From positions 15,598-79,597 of the forward strand of contig CAYHDT010000002.1 in the NCBI GenBank assembly GCA_964355655.1: DNA of 64,000 nt, given 5' to 3'. The notes under the pieces are model-generated. The model saw nothing but the letters and a program-made list of their open reading frames with translations, was not told the DNA's origin and made no database searches. Source of the stretch: an uncultured Candidatus Saccharibacteria bacterium (GTDB lineage: Bacteria; Patescibacteriota; Minisyncoccia; Phycocordibacterales; SBAW01). The position numbers and the translations under genes are program-made. Numbering within the stretch: the stretch's first letter is position 1; each line of letters starts with the position of its first letter. Positions 18,863-28,089 of this stretch are shown piece by piece.

Positions 18863-20794
18863 TTACCAAACCTTGGCGCGGGAGGAGGGCTCGCGGTAGA
18901 GCTTGTCTCCTTTTTTAACGCCGAACGCCTGGTAAAACGGATCGAAGTTGGAGAGCGGGCCGTTGACGCGCCAAAAGCTTTCAGCATGGGGGTCGGTCAG
19001 GGCGGCGAGTTTTTTAAACTCAGGCCGCGCGACCTCCCGCTCCATTTGCGCGTAGCCAAAAAAGAAACGCTCTTCCGGCGAAAGGCCGGCGATAGTTTTG
19101 CGGCCCGCTTTTTTAAGATGCCGCTGGTATGCTTCGTACGCGATTACCAACCCGCCCATATCAGCCATATTCTCGCCGAGCGTTAGCTGGCCGTTGATAT
19201 GCACGCCGGGCTCTACTTCAATTTTGTTCGCCTGCGATACAAACAATTTGCTCTTTTGCATAAAGCGCTTGCGATCTGCAGCAGTCCACCAGCTTTTCAT
19301 ATTGCCTTTGGCGTCAAACTTCGAGCCTTGGTCGTCAAAGCCGTGCGTTATCTCGTGGCCGATGACCGAGCCGATGCCGGCATAATTGATCGCCATGTCA
19401 GCACGCGGGTCAAAGAACGGCCATTGTAAAATAGCGGCAGGAAAAACTATTTCATTGAGATTCGAGTGGTGGTAAGCATTGACCGTTTGCGGGTACATAA
19501 ACCACTCGGCGCGGTCTATCGGCTTGCGCAGCTTACTCATCTGCTTGCGGTGGTGCCACTGTGCCGCCCGCAACATGTTGCCGAAATAATCGCCCGAATC
19601 TATCGCCAGCCCTTTATACCTCTCCCACTTGGACGGGTAGCCTATTTTGCGCGCCATGGCGCGCAGTTTGATTACCGCTTTGCGCTTGGTGGGGAGAGAC
19701 ATCCAGTCGAGATTTTTTATATGGCTTTCATAAACGTCGAAAAGGTCGCTTACCAATGCGTCCATGGTCCGCTTAGAGGCCGCGGGGAAGTGACGTTTGA
19801 CATACAGGGCCCCAAGCGCTTCGCCGACGGCGCTGGTGCTTCCTAGCGCCCGGCGCCATGGCGCGCGCATCTTTTTTTGCCCGGTAAGCACGGAGGTATA
19901 TTTGAAATTTTCTTTAATAAACCGCGACGAGAGCAGGGAGGAGGTGCCGCTTATGACGTGCCACTCGAGATACGTCTTCCAGTCTTCAAGAGGAATGGTC
20001 TCAAGCATTGTGCTTACTGTTTTAAAAAAATTCGGCTGGCCGACAATGAGCGTTTTGATGCCCCGCGCATGAGTGCGGGCGAAGTAGGCGGCCCAGTCAA
20101 CCTGGGGCGAAAGCTTTTGCAGCTGCGCGACGCTCAACTTGTGGTACACCTTTTCAGAATCACGGGTGTCTTCCTGCCGCATTGAGGCTTCTGCCAGAGC
20201 GGTCTCTATCTTCATGACCGTTTTCTGCGCGCCCGTAATGCGGCTGGGGTCAAAAGCGGCGAGTTTCAGCAGTCGACCAATGTATTCAATATAGGCGGCG
20301 CGCACGCGTTTTTGCTCGGGTGCATCAAGCAGATAATAATCGCGCTCGGGCATCCCCAGGCCCCCCTGCCATAGATGGAGCAGATATTTCGAGGAATCTT
20401 TGGCGTCCTGGTCGACTACGCTGCCCCAGCAGCCCGAGACGCCGAGCACGTGCAGCCGCGCGATAACCCCCAGCAGGTCTTCTTTGGTCTTTATATCGCG
20501 CACCAGCATGCGCAGCGGAGCCATCGGCCCCATGTCGAGTTTGTTGCGGGTCTTCATGTCGATAGCGGAGCAGTAGATTCCGCTTACCAACGGGTGCTTT
20601 GTGCCCGTGACTATTTTTTTGAGCTGCTGCTCGGTCCGGTAGCGCAGGGCCGTAAAGGACCCCCAGCGCGACTCCTCAGGTGGAATCTTCGTCCTCTTAA
20701 GCCAGCTGCCGTTGGTGTAATGATAGAAATCATCCTGCGGCCGCACCGAGCGGTCGATGTCTTTCGTATCAAATCCCCAGTACTTTTTAGTCAT
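18863..20794 (-). CDS. M13 family metallopeptidase (PepO-like)
   Basis: VNAY, GHEITHGFDD, GENMAD. Confidence 0.95.
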   Translation of the reverse strand: MTKKYWGFDTKDIDRSVRPQDDFYHYTNGSWLKRTKIPPEESRWGSFTALRYRTEQQLKKIVTGTKHPLVSGIYCSAIDMKTRNKLDMGPMAPLRMLVRDIKTKEDLLGVIARLHVLGVSGCWGSVVDQDAKDSSKYLLHLWQGGLGMPERDYYLLDAPEQKRVRAAYIEYIGRLLKLAAFDPSRITGAQKTVMKIETALAEASMRQEDTRDSEKVYHKLSVAQLQKLSPQVDWAAYFARTHARGIKTLIVGQPNFFKTVSTMLETIPLEDWKTYLEWHVISGTSSLLSSRFIKENFKYTSVLTGQKKMRAPWRRALGSTSAVGEALGALYVKRHFPAASKRTMDALVSDLFDVYESHIKNLDWMSLPTKRKAVIKLRAMARKIGYPSKWERYKGLAIDSGDYFGNMLRAAQWHHRKQMSKLRKPIDRAEWFMYPQTVNAYHHSNLNEIVFPAAILQWPFFDPRADMAINYAGIGSVIGHEITHGFDDQGSKFDAKGNMKSWWTAADRKRFMQKSKLFVSQANKIEVEPGVHINGQLTLGENMADMGGLVIAYEAYQRHLKKAGRKTIAGLSPEERFFFGYAQMEREVARPEFKKLAALTDPHAESFWRVNGPLSNFDPFYQAFGVKKGDKLYREPSSRAKVW

Positions 20795-20904
20795 TGTGCT
20801 ACATCATAACAAAAAACACTCTCTGTTGCTCGGGAATGGATTGACAATAAGGCATTTTCTATTTAAAACTAAAGCAGGATCATGCTCTTTGAGAGGAGTC
20901 TGCA

Positions 20905-21660
20905 ATGGCAATCTATAAGGGTTCGACGGCGCAATGCCTCCGGCATTTCGCCCAGGCCGACTTTGAGGGCGATAAGCGGCGGGCGCTTATGGAGTTTGCC
21001 GGCGTTACGGCCAATTCCACAATCCGTCGCTGGCTCAACCAGGGGGAACTCCCTGCCGGGGAGCAGCTTCTGCGGATGCGCCATTACCTCGAACATCTGG
21101 GCTACGAAGTAACCGAGCTCCGCAAGCTCACGCCGTCTGTGCGCGAACTCGGGCGCCTCATTGCGTTCAACGTGCTTCCGATTGCGCAAGCCGCGGCAAG
21201 GATAGGCGTCCCTCCCGCCAAGAAGGGGGGCGGACAGCTCACGACCATCCTCTTGGGCGGTCAAGGAGTTTCGTCCGAGCGGAACAGCAGAATCGCAGCG
21301 CTTAATGCGGAGTTCAGCGACCTGCTCAAGAAGCAAGTCGCAAAAGTTCCGCATCTCACGCTTCGCGGTAGCAATAGCGCCGGCCCCGCTTCGGTGTCAG
21401 TACACCGTGCCGATCCGACTGTTCAAACGGAACAGCCTATCGACAAAGACAGCCTGATGAAAGGCTTTGCGCATATGGTGCAAGGGCTGCTTCATCAGTC
21501 GGACTTCATGCTTTCGGATGCCTTTACGGCAGACGACAGGGACAAAGTTCGGCAACTAACCGGAGGGGACGGGATATTCCTCCTTTCCAACCGACTCAAC
21601 CGTCTTTGCGGCGAGCGTGCTCGCCGCGAGATATCCAACGCTTCGGGAGACAACAAATGA
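20905..21660 (+). CDS. Tandem Cro/XRE-like HTH protein
   Basis: RALMEFAGVTANSTIRRWLNQGELP and IAQAAARIGV...QLTTILLG; gagagga SD; stop overlaps next ATG. Confidence 0.65.
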   Translation: MAIYKGSTAQCLRHFAQADFEGDKRRALMEFAGVTANSTIRRWLNQGELPAGEQLLRMRHYLEHLGYEVTELRKLTPSVRELGRLIAFNVLPIAQAAARIGVPPAKKGGGQLTTILLGGQGVSSERNSRIAALNAEFSDLLKKQVAKVPHLTLRGSNSAGPASVSVHRADPTVQTEQPIDKDSLMKGFAHMVQGLLHQSDFMLSDAFTADDRDKVRQLTGGDGIFLLSNRLNRLCGERARREISNASGDNK

Positions 21661-23348
21661 CGAAGAACACCAGCGAGGTGAACTTCAGCCAAGGAAGGGC
21701 TCTTTGCAAGATTGCAGGGGAATACCCGACTTTGTATGAAGTCATTATGGAGTCAGTACAAAACGCCATTGACGCGGGCGCGACCGACATCGAAATCTTG
21801 CTCAATCGCAAGAACTGCAACATCGTCATCCACGACAATGGCTGCGGCGTCGGCATGGCCGACTTTCAAAACGCGCTCAATCGCGTCTGCGAGTCGGTTA
21901 AGGAGCGGGGCAAGCTCGGCCAGTTCGGCATCGGGCTTATCTCGCCTCTCGGCAAATGCGCACGCTTTACCTTCACCTCTTGTCCGAAGGGTCTTGCGGC
22001 GCCGTATGTCGAGTGGACTTTCGAGACCGAGAAAATCCGCGAGCAGTCCGACCAGGTTACCGTGCCTCATCGGACGCGCAACGACCTCGTGCATGTCTCC
22101 GGACATGGTGGCGGCCATCGGCGCGGGATTACCCCCGTTGAATGGCGGACCGAGGTCGCGATCTACGGCTACACCAAGGACAAGGTCGTCAACCGCATCC
22201 AAGGTGCCGACGCTTTGCTTGAAGGCATTACCGAGCGTTATGGCGCCGCCATGCGGCGCAATGATGTCAAAGTCGGTATCGCCATTATCAACGAGGACGG
22301 CACCCAGGATCTGAAGACCGGCAAGGCCAAACGGTGGAGCGGAAAGAAGCTGGAAGAAAGAAAGGTCAACAACTATCACGGAGGCGACACCACCGTCCGG
22401 CTCTACCTGGCCAAGAAAACCGACAAAGGCTATCAAGGCCAGGTCATGATGGGCGAGGCGGACAACGACTTCCGTATTCGTCTCTCTCAGTTCGGCAAGT
22501 CTGCAGGGCAGCTTATCGACGCTGATGTCGTCGAGGTGCTGTCTTCCGGAATTTTTGAGGGGGAAATCCTCACTCAAAAAGCCCGGCTGCATGAGAACCG
22601 GCGCAGCTTCGTCCAAAACGAAGGCCTGCTCGGCTTCTGCGAGGGTATCGACGAGTGGTTTCGCCAGCACGGCAAACGCTACTACGACGATGCTCAGGAG
22701 CAGCAGGAGGACCAGCGCTACCAGGACTTGGGGCTGCGGTCGATGAAGAACATCGAGTCGCTGCTCCGCGATCCGATGTTCGCTGATGTGCTGGATGTCG
22801 TCGGCAAGTTCAAGCGCGGCAGCATCGGCGATGGCCATCAGGCCCCCGCCGGCGCCTCCGTCTTGGGCAAGCAGAAGGAGAAGTCGATTGCAATCGGAGG
22901 AAACCCCAACGGCCATGAGGGCTCCGATACAAAAGAGCGTCAGCCGGCTGAGAATCTATCGAACCATCATCCCTATACGGTCGCCGGTCCAAGTGGCCGG
23001 CACCGCACTGTGGTGAAGTCCGACAGTCTCGGCCTGCAGTTCTCCCACACCGCTATGGAAGGGTCGGATAAGTTGTTCGTGCTGGATACCCTCAACGGCA
23101 TCCTGCACTTCAACATCCGACATCCGATATGGGTGGCGTGTGACCGCGATGGCAAGGGCAACCGGGAGATCATGCAGCTCCAGGAATTCGTCACCATTCA
23201 GGCCCTCCTTTTGGAGACCCGGCCGGACGAATGGCGAAAAGTCAACGACTTCTATGTCGAAGACATGCTCAAGCCGATGGCGCACCTCATTTGCATGAGC
23301 GGCGCCTATCGGGTTATCGGCCGTCCAGCCAAGGCTGCCGAGAATTGA
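21657..23348 (+). CDS. GHKL (MORC/HSP90-like) ATPase
   Basis: ESVQNAIDA, IHDNGCG, GQFGIG; C-terminal FNIRHP; ATGA overlap at 21657-21660. Confidence 0.85.
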   Translation: MTKNTSEVNFSQGRALCKIAGEYPTLYEVIMESVQNAIDAGATDIEILLNRKNCNIVIHDNGCGVGMADFQNALNRVCESVKERGKLGQFGIGLISPLGKCARFTFTSCPKGLAAPYVEWTFETEKIREQSDQVTVPHRTRNDLVHVSGHGGGHRRGITPVEWRTEVAIYGYTKDKVVNRIQGADALLEGITERYGAAMRRNDVKVGIAIINEDGTQDLKTGKAKRWSGKKLEERKVNNYHGGDTTVRLYLAKKTDKGYQGQVMMGEADNDFRIRLSQFGKSAGQLIDADVVEVLSSGIFEGEILTQKARLHENRRSFVQNEGLLGFCEGIDEWFRQHGKRYYDDAQEQQEDQRYQDLGLRSMKNIESLLRDPMFADVLDVVGKFKRGSIGDGHQAPAGASVLGKQKEKSIAIGGNPNGHEGSDTKERQPAENLSNHHPYTVAGPSGRHRTVVKSDSLGLQFSHTAMEGSDKLFVLDTLNGILHFNIRHPIWVACDRDGKGNREIMQLQEFVTIQALLLETRPDEWRKVNDFYVEDMLKPMAHLICMSGAYRVIGRPAKAAEN

Positions 23349-23372
23349 GCGACTTCTACGACAACCCCGCGG

Positions 23373-23400
23373 GCCCCGGCACCAGTGCCGGGGCTTTTTT
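23373..23400 (+). terminator. Intrinsic terminator
   Basis: gccccggcac-ca-gtgccggggc followed by T6. Confidence 0.8.
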
Positions 23401-23478
23401 ATATCTATTGACGGCGCGATGTTTATTTAGTATGTTGCGTTTAGTAGCGTTTTTTTGACTGCAACCAGGGAGGCCTAT

Positions 23479-23958
23479 ATGGCCAAGCGGATTATCAAGG
23501 CTGACTTGGAGAAGGCTAAGGCAGCCGTTCTCTCAAGCCAGAAGGCCGATTACGTGTCAATGAAGACGGTCCTCGGGACCAACAGCATCAGCCACATCAA
23601 GCGCGCCCTCGAGAAGCTCGCCAAGCAAGGCGTCGTTGCTCAGGGCAAGCGCCGGCGTTGGCTGGTGTTGCTCAACCCGGACGGTACCAAGAAGGAAGGC
23701 ATCGTTCTGCCGCCCAAGAAGCGCCGGCGCAAGATTCGGCGCAACCGCAAGGCGGCGGCGAAGCCGGCGAAGGTTGCGGCAGCTCCTGTCCGCCGCCAGC
23801 GCAAGTTCAACGGCGTCTTCACGATGGAGCAGAAGCTCAAGAAGATCCACCAGATGACGGTCGGTGCGGGGCCCAACAGCACGACCCTCCTGCGCTCCAT
23901 TGCCGAGGATGTTTCGGCAGCTTATGTGGCCGGGGTGCACCCGGCACTCAAGGACTAA
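23479..23958 (+). CDS. Very basic DNA-binding protein with FtsK-gamma-like winged helix
   Basis: KAKAAVLSSQKA...IKRALEKLAKQGVV; KKRRRKIRRNRK; own promoter ttgacg-N17-tatgtt and gggagg SD. Confidence 0.65.
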   Translation: MAKRIIKADLEKAKAAVLSSQKADYVSMKTVLGTNSISHIKRALEKLAKQGVVAQGKRRRWLVLLNPDGTKKEGIVLPPKKRRRKIRRNRKAAAKPAKVAAAPVRRQRKFNGVFTMEQKLKKIHQMTVGAGPNSTTLLRSIAEDVSAAYVAGVHPALKD

Positions 23959-23970
23959 TCTCCAAGACCG

Positions 23971-23998
23971 GCCCGCACCTCGTGTGCGGGCTTTTTTT
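23971..23998 (+). terminator. Intrinsic terminator
   Basis: gcccgcac...gtgcgggc followed by T-run. Confidence 0.75.
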
Positions 23999-24028
23999 AT
24001 TGCATGAAATGCGGTACTTTTAAGCACA

Positions 24029-25867
24029 ATGACTCCGAATGAGGTTCGCAGGAAATACTTGGAATTTTTTAAAGCGCGCGGGCATGTGGTCATCCCGTCG
24101 GCCCCCTTGGTGCCCGAAAACGACCCGACGACGCTGTTTACCAGTTCCGGTATGCAACCGCTGGTGCCATATCTCCTCGGACAAAAACACCCGTCCGGCA
24201 AGCGCTTGGTGGACCTGCAAAAGTCGGTCCGTACCGGCGATATAGAAGAAGTGGGAGACAATCGGCACCTGACTTTTTTTGAAATGTTCGGAAACTGGTC
24301 CTTGGGCGACTATTTTAAACAGGAACAACTGCCGTGGGTATTTGAACTTTTGACTAAAGAATTAAATCTCGATGAAAAACGTTTGTGGGTGACTTGTTTT
24401 GAGGGCGATGCGTCGCTTAGCATACCTAAAGACACCGAGTCCGCGGAGATATGGAAAAGTCTCGGGATTCCGGAGGAACGCATACATTTTTACAATGCCA
24501 AGAAAAATTGGTGGAGCCGAAGTGGTACGCCGGATAAGATGCCTGTCGGCGAACCAGGCGGGCCGGATTCTGAAGTGTTTTATGAATTTACGCATATCGA
24601 ACATAAGCCGGAGTTTGGCGAGCGGTGCCACCCAAACTGTGACTGCGGCCGGTTTGTCGAGATAGGCAACTCCGTATTTATGGAGTACATAAAAAAAGAA
24701 GACGGCTCTTTTGGAAAGCTGGCCCAGCGCAATGTCGATTTTGGCGGCGGATTTGAACGCCTGGCGGCCGCTATCAATAACAGCGACGATGCATACGCCA
24801 CCGGCGCTTTGCAGTCTGAAATTAAAAAGCTCGAGGAGTGGTCGGGCAAAAAATACAGCGACCCGCAATATATAAAAGCTTTCCGGGTTGTTGCAGACCA
24901 CGTGCGCGCGGCGGTGTTTTTGATAGGGGACGGCGTGCGACCGGGCAATGTCGAGCGTGGGTATGTGGTGCGCCGACTCCTGCGCCGCGCGGTGCGGTTT
25001 TCCGATGTGTTGGAAGTGCCCGCTGGCAATTTAAAAAATCTGGTCTCTCTTGTCGCTGAAGATTACAAAGCCAGCTACATCAATATCACCGAGCAGTCCG
25101 CAAACATAACTCAGGAAATAGGGCAGGAAGAGGAACAATTTAGAAAAACGTTGGAGCGCGGGATGAAGGAGTTAGCACGGTTTATTCAAGGTGGTTCGCT
25201 TTCTGCGCGAGACACATTCCAACTGGTGACAACCTATGGCTTTCCCATAGAGCTTATTGCCGAAGAGGCGGGGCTGAAGGGGATTAAACAAATAGATTTT
25301 GAAGGTTTTAAAGAATTGCTCAAAGAACACCAAAATCTTAGCCGCGCGGGGAGCGAGCAGAAGTTTAAGGGCGGCTTGGCTGATACTAGTGAGAAGACGA
25401 CACGCTTGCATACCGCGCACCACCTTCTGCTTAAAGCCCTCCAGCAGGTGCTGGGGCCCGAAGTTCATCAGCGGGGCTCTAACATCACACAAGAAAGATT
25501 GCGCATAGACTTTAGTTACGGGCAAAAGATGACCCCGGAACAAAAGGCCGAGGTGGAGCGCATCGTGAACGAAAAAATTAAAGAAGATTTACCAGTGGTG
25601 CGTACCGAGATGGCTCTTGCCGAGGCGGAAAAGTTGCATGCCGAGCACGAGTTTGGCGCAAAATATCCGGAACGTGTATCAGTTTATTCTGTCGGTCCGC
25701 TGGACAACGCTTTTTCGATAGAATTTTGCGGCGGCCCGCATGTGTCCAGTACGGGTGAGCTCAGTAAGTCAGACTTACTGGGGAAGTCTGACTTACTGAA
25801 GTTTAGGATTTTGAAAGAAGAAGCGGTGGCCCAAGGCGTGCGTCGGATCAAGGCAATACTCCAATAA
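24029..25867 (+). CDS. alaS: Alanine--tRNA ligase, short form lacking C-Ala
   Basis: LFTSSGMQP, HLTFFEMFGNWS, HTAHH editing motif, EFCGGPHV, GVRRIKA at the C-terminus. Confidence 0.96.
   Translation: MTPNEVRRKYLEFFKARGHVVIPSAPLVPENDPTTLFTSSGMQPLVPYLLGQKHPSGKRLVDLQKSVRTGDIEEVGDNRHLTFFEMFGNWSLGDYFKQEQLPWVFELLTKELNLDEKRLWVTCFEGDASLSIPKDTESAEIWKSLGIPEERIHFYNAKKNWWSRSGTPDKMPVGEPGGPDSEVFYEFTHIEHKPEFGERCHPNCDCGRFVEIGNSVFMEYIKKEDGSFGKLAQRNVDFGGGFERLAAAINNSDDAYATGALQSEIKKLEEWSGKKYSDPQYIKAFRVVADHVRAAVFLIGDGVRPGNVERGYVVRRLLRRAVRFSDVLEVPAGNLKNLVSLVAEDYKASYINITEQSANITQEIGQEEEQFRKTLERGMKELARFIQGGSLSARDTFQLVTTYGFPIELIAEEAGLKGIKQIDFEGFKELLKEHQNLSRAGSEQKFKGGLADTSEKTTRLHTAHHLLLKALQQVLGPEVHQRGSNITQERLRIDFSYGQKMTPEQKAEVERIVNEKIKEDLPVVRTEMALAEAEKLHAEHEFGAKYPERVSVYSVGPLDNAFSIEFCGGPHVSSTGELSKSDLLGKSDLLKFRILKEEAVAQGVRRIKAILQ
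25762..25794. repeat. Pair of mini-palindromes inside alaS
   Basis: cagtaag-tcaga-cttactg and aag-tctga-ctt; peptide duplication KSDLL-G-KSDLL. Confidence 0.65.
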
Positions 25868-25898
25868 AAAATCTCCGGTTTTCCGGAGCTTTCATCAT

Positions 25899-26306
25899 TT
25901 AACCCGCACTTTCGCGCGGAGGAGCAGGAAAGAGGGCGGCACACAGTGCATCGCCGACTTCGTTGCAAAGCGTTCCGCAGGCCTCCAGCGTACTGCGCGC
26001 GTCCTGATTGGCTGCAAATCCGAACACTCTGGTAAAAGCAGCCAATTCGTAGGGCTTTGACCATCCGAACGGCGCGGTATGTTCAAGAAGGCTGACGTCT
26101 TCCTGTAAAGATACGCGGTCGGCATCCGTGAGTCGGATAGTCTTGTTCAGCAGCCCTTTCGTATGGTTGAGGAACATGTCGCGCTGTCCTTCGCCGGCCG
26201 GTGCCGCGACCGCATACACCGCATATCCGACCGTGACCACCAGAATTTTGGCGGAAACGATGCCTAACGCAAGATATTTCAATCCCACACCAAGAGTAAG
26301 GGACAT
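25899..26306 (-). CDS. Hypothetical membrane-anchored or secreted protein
   Basis: Hydrophobic N-terminus, aggag SD; divergent from the AAA operon. Confidence 0.55.
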   Translation of the reverse strand: MSLTLGVGLKYLALGIVSAKILVVTVGYAVYAVAAPAGEGQRDMFLNHTKGLLNKTIRLTDADRVSLQEDVSLLEHTAPFGWSKPYELAAFTRVFGFAANQDARSTLEACGTLCNEVGDALCAALFPAPPRESAG

Positions 26307-26584
26307 TACAATCTCCTCTGTTATACCGGATACTCCGGCGACTAACTCCCCACACTATACACCCCCTATTTTTTGATTGAAATGAAGTCTCAAATAAGCC
26401 TTTATTTAAGGTGTTTTTAACCCTTTCGGAGCCCTTGACATAATTAGCACTATAGTGTAAATACACAGATGGAACGGAGTGGGGGTAAAACGCCATTTCC
26501 ACCGGTTCGTTGACAACCTCATAACAGTCAACAAAACAGTTCAACCGCCGCTCCACCCGGAGCGGCAAAGCCAAGGAGATACTC

Positions 26585-27991
26585 ATGGCCCCTCAGGCCG
26601 CTACCACGCTTACCAAGGGCGGATTCGCTGAGTCGCAAGTCTCGCTTGCGGCGATGGAAACCGCGATGGCCGGCTTTGAACGGACGACACTGGCTGATCT
26701 GCTGACACAGCAGGAAACGCTGGTGAAACAATCCAACGAAGTCGCTCAGCTCGATGATGCGGGCGTGCGCGCGGCGCGCCAGGAGATCATCGACTCCAAT
26801 ATGGAAAAGCTCGCCGCAAAGATCGCCGCATACCGCGACGATACGGCCGAGCTCATCGCCGGACTCGAAGCTCAGTTCGAAAAGCTCGGAATGGATTTCT
26901 CGAACTTGCAGAAGCCGACGGCCGAGGACCTGCAACTCATGCAGACGGCTGAAACCTATCTGAAGCAGCTCGTGGAACTCGACGGTCCGACGGCCCGTGC
27001 GCTCTTGGTTCAGGCTATCGCCGACGCCAAAGGCAGTTGGAACCCGATCGGCAGGGACGCGCGCGTTCTTGACGCGGAAAAAGCTCTCGAGGCGTTTGAC
27101 ATCCAACAGGCGACGGATGTCGTCGCGGCTAAGACCGCCGTGGAAGAGACCAAGGCCGAAGTCCAACGGTTGCGCAATAAGCGCATTCGTGAAGCCGAGT
27201 TTGACTCGCAGTTCGAACGCTTTATCGCGTTCGCGCAGCAGATCATGCAGAAGCTTCTTGAAAACGTCCGCAACAGCGAGGTGCGGATGAGCGAGACCCA
27301 GAAGGCCTTCAACGATTCCCTTGTCCAAAAGGAGAAAAAGGCCGCTCAACTCAATAACCTGGACGTCAAGATCAAGCAGGCCGAAGACGCCGTCATGACG
27401 CTCCAGACAGAGCTGGGCAGTGCCGTCGATCAAGAAGCACGCGCACGTGTGGAAACCCGCTTGGGTGCGGCGAACCAAATCCTCGCCGATCTCAACGGCA
27501 CGAAGCAAGAGACTCAAGTGGCCCACAACGCCCTTGAGGCTGCTGCCTCCAAGCACGAGAAGATGCTGGCGACCCTGCAGGTGCAGCGCGACAATCAGCG
27601 GGCACATGCGGTCAAGCTGAACATCGACTCGAGGTCGCGGTTCACCCAGGCGCAAAATATCGTCAGGATTATCCAGAACACCACGCAAGAAGACGCCGCT
27701 TCGCGGCTTCATGTTGCCGGTTCGTCTCTGGACAAGATCGGTCTGGAGCTCTCGGTGCGGGCGCTTATCGCGTCTGAACGGGAGCGGCTGAAGATGCTGA
27801 CCGGTCATGAGGCCGATATGAAGCGGTTCGACGTGATCGGCGGTGCCCTCGCAGAGGGCCGCGCGCAGATCGCCATCGAAGACGCGGAGATCGCGGCTCG
27901 TATGCGTCAAAACTACGGCATCGATCCGCTCAAGGCCAGTTGGCTCCATGTTGCAGAGGGTATGGGCAACTCCGGCAATCCGCCAGCTTAA
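26585..27991 (+). CDS. Long all-helical coiled-coil protein (possibly TelA/KlaA- or PspA-like)
   Basis: 468 aa rich in A/E/Q/L/K/R with heptad patterns, almost no Pro; aaggag SD. Confidence 0.75.
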   Translation: MAPQAATTLTKGGFAESQVSLAAMETAMAGFERTTLADLLTQQETLVKQSNEVAQLDDAGVRAARQEIIDSNMEKLAAKIAAYRDDTAELIAGLEAQFEKLGMDFSNLQKPTAEDLQLMQTAETYLKQLVELDGPTARALLVQAIADAKGSWNPIGRDARVLDAEKALEAFDIQQATDVVAAKTAVEETKAEVQRLRNKRIREAEFDSQFERFIAFAQQIMQKLLENVRNSEVRMSETQKAFNDSLVQKEKKAAQLNNLDVKIKQAEDAVMTLQTELGSAVDQEARARVETRLGAANQILADLNGTKQETQVAHNALEAAASKHEKMLATLQVQRDNQRAHAVKLNIDSRSRFTQAQNIVRIIQNTTQEDAASRLHVAGSSLDKIGLELSVRALIASERERLKMLTGHEADMKRFDVIGGALAEGRAQIAIEDAEIAARMRQNYGIDPLKASWLHVAEGMGNSGNPPA

Positions 27992-28027
27992 CCCGCTTCG
28001 TAACAGGGTTACGCACTACTTATCTAC

Positions 28028-28057
28028 AAGGGCGCCGGATCCCCGGCGCCCTTTTTT
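28028..28057 (+). terminator. Intra-cluster terminator or stabiliser hairpin
   Basis: aagggcgccgg-atcc-ccggcgccctt followed by T-run. Confidence 0.7.
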
Positions 28058-28089
28058 CTCTCCCGGCTAGAACTAGAAAGGAAAAGACC

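Noticed and set aside
24029-25867. AlaRS as a truncated pseudogene
   Set aside because: Catalytic and editing motifs are intact; it ends cleanly after the editing domain, consistent with C-Ala-less forms
26443-26460. ttagcact resembling a CIRCE half-site upstream of the AAA operon
   Set aside because: The second half-site GAGTGCTAA at 9-nt spacing is absent
26528-27949. 473-aa minus-strand ORF opposite the coiled-coil gene (also 29844-31295, 21753-22916, 45306-46547)
   Set aside because: Antisense shadows expected from biased codon usage; the plus strand has the SD sites and motifs
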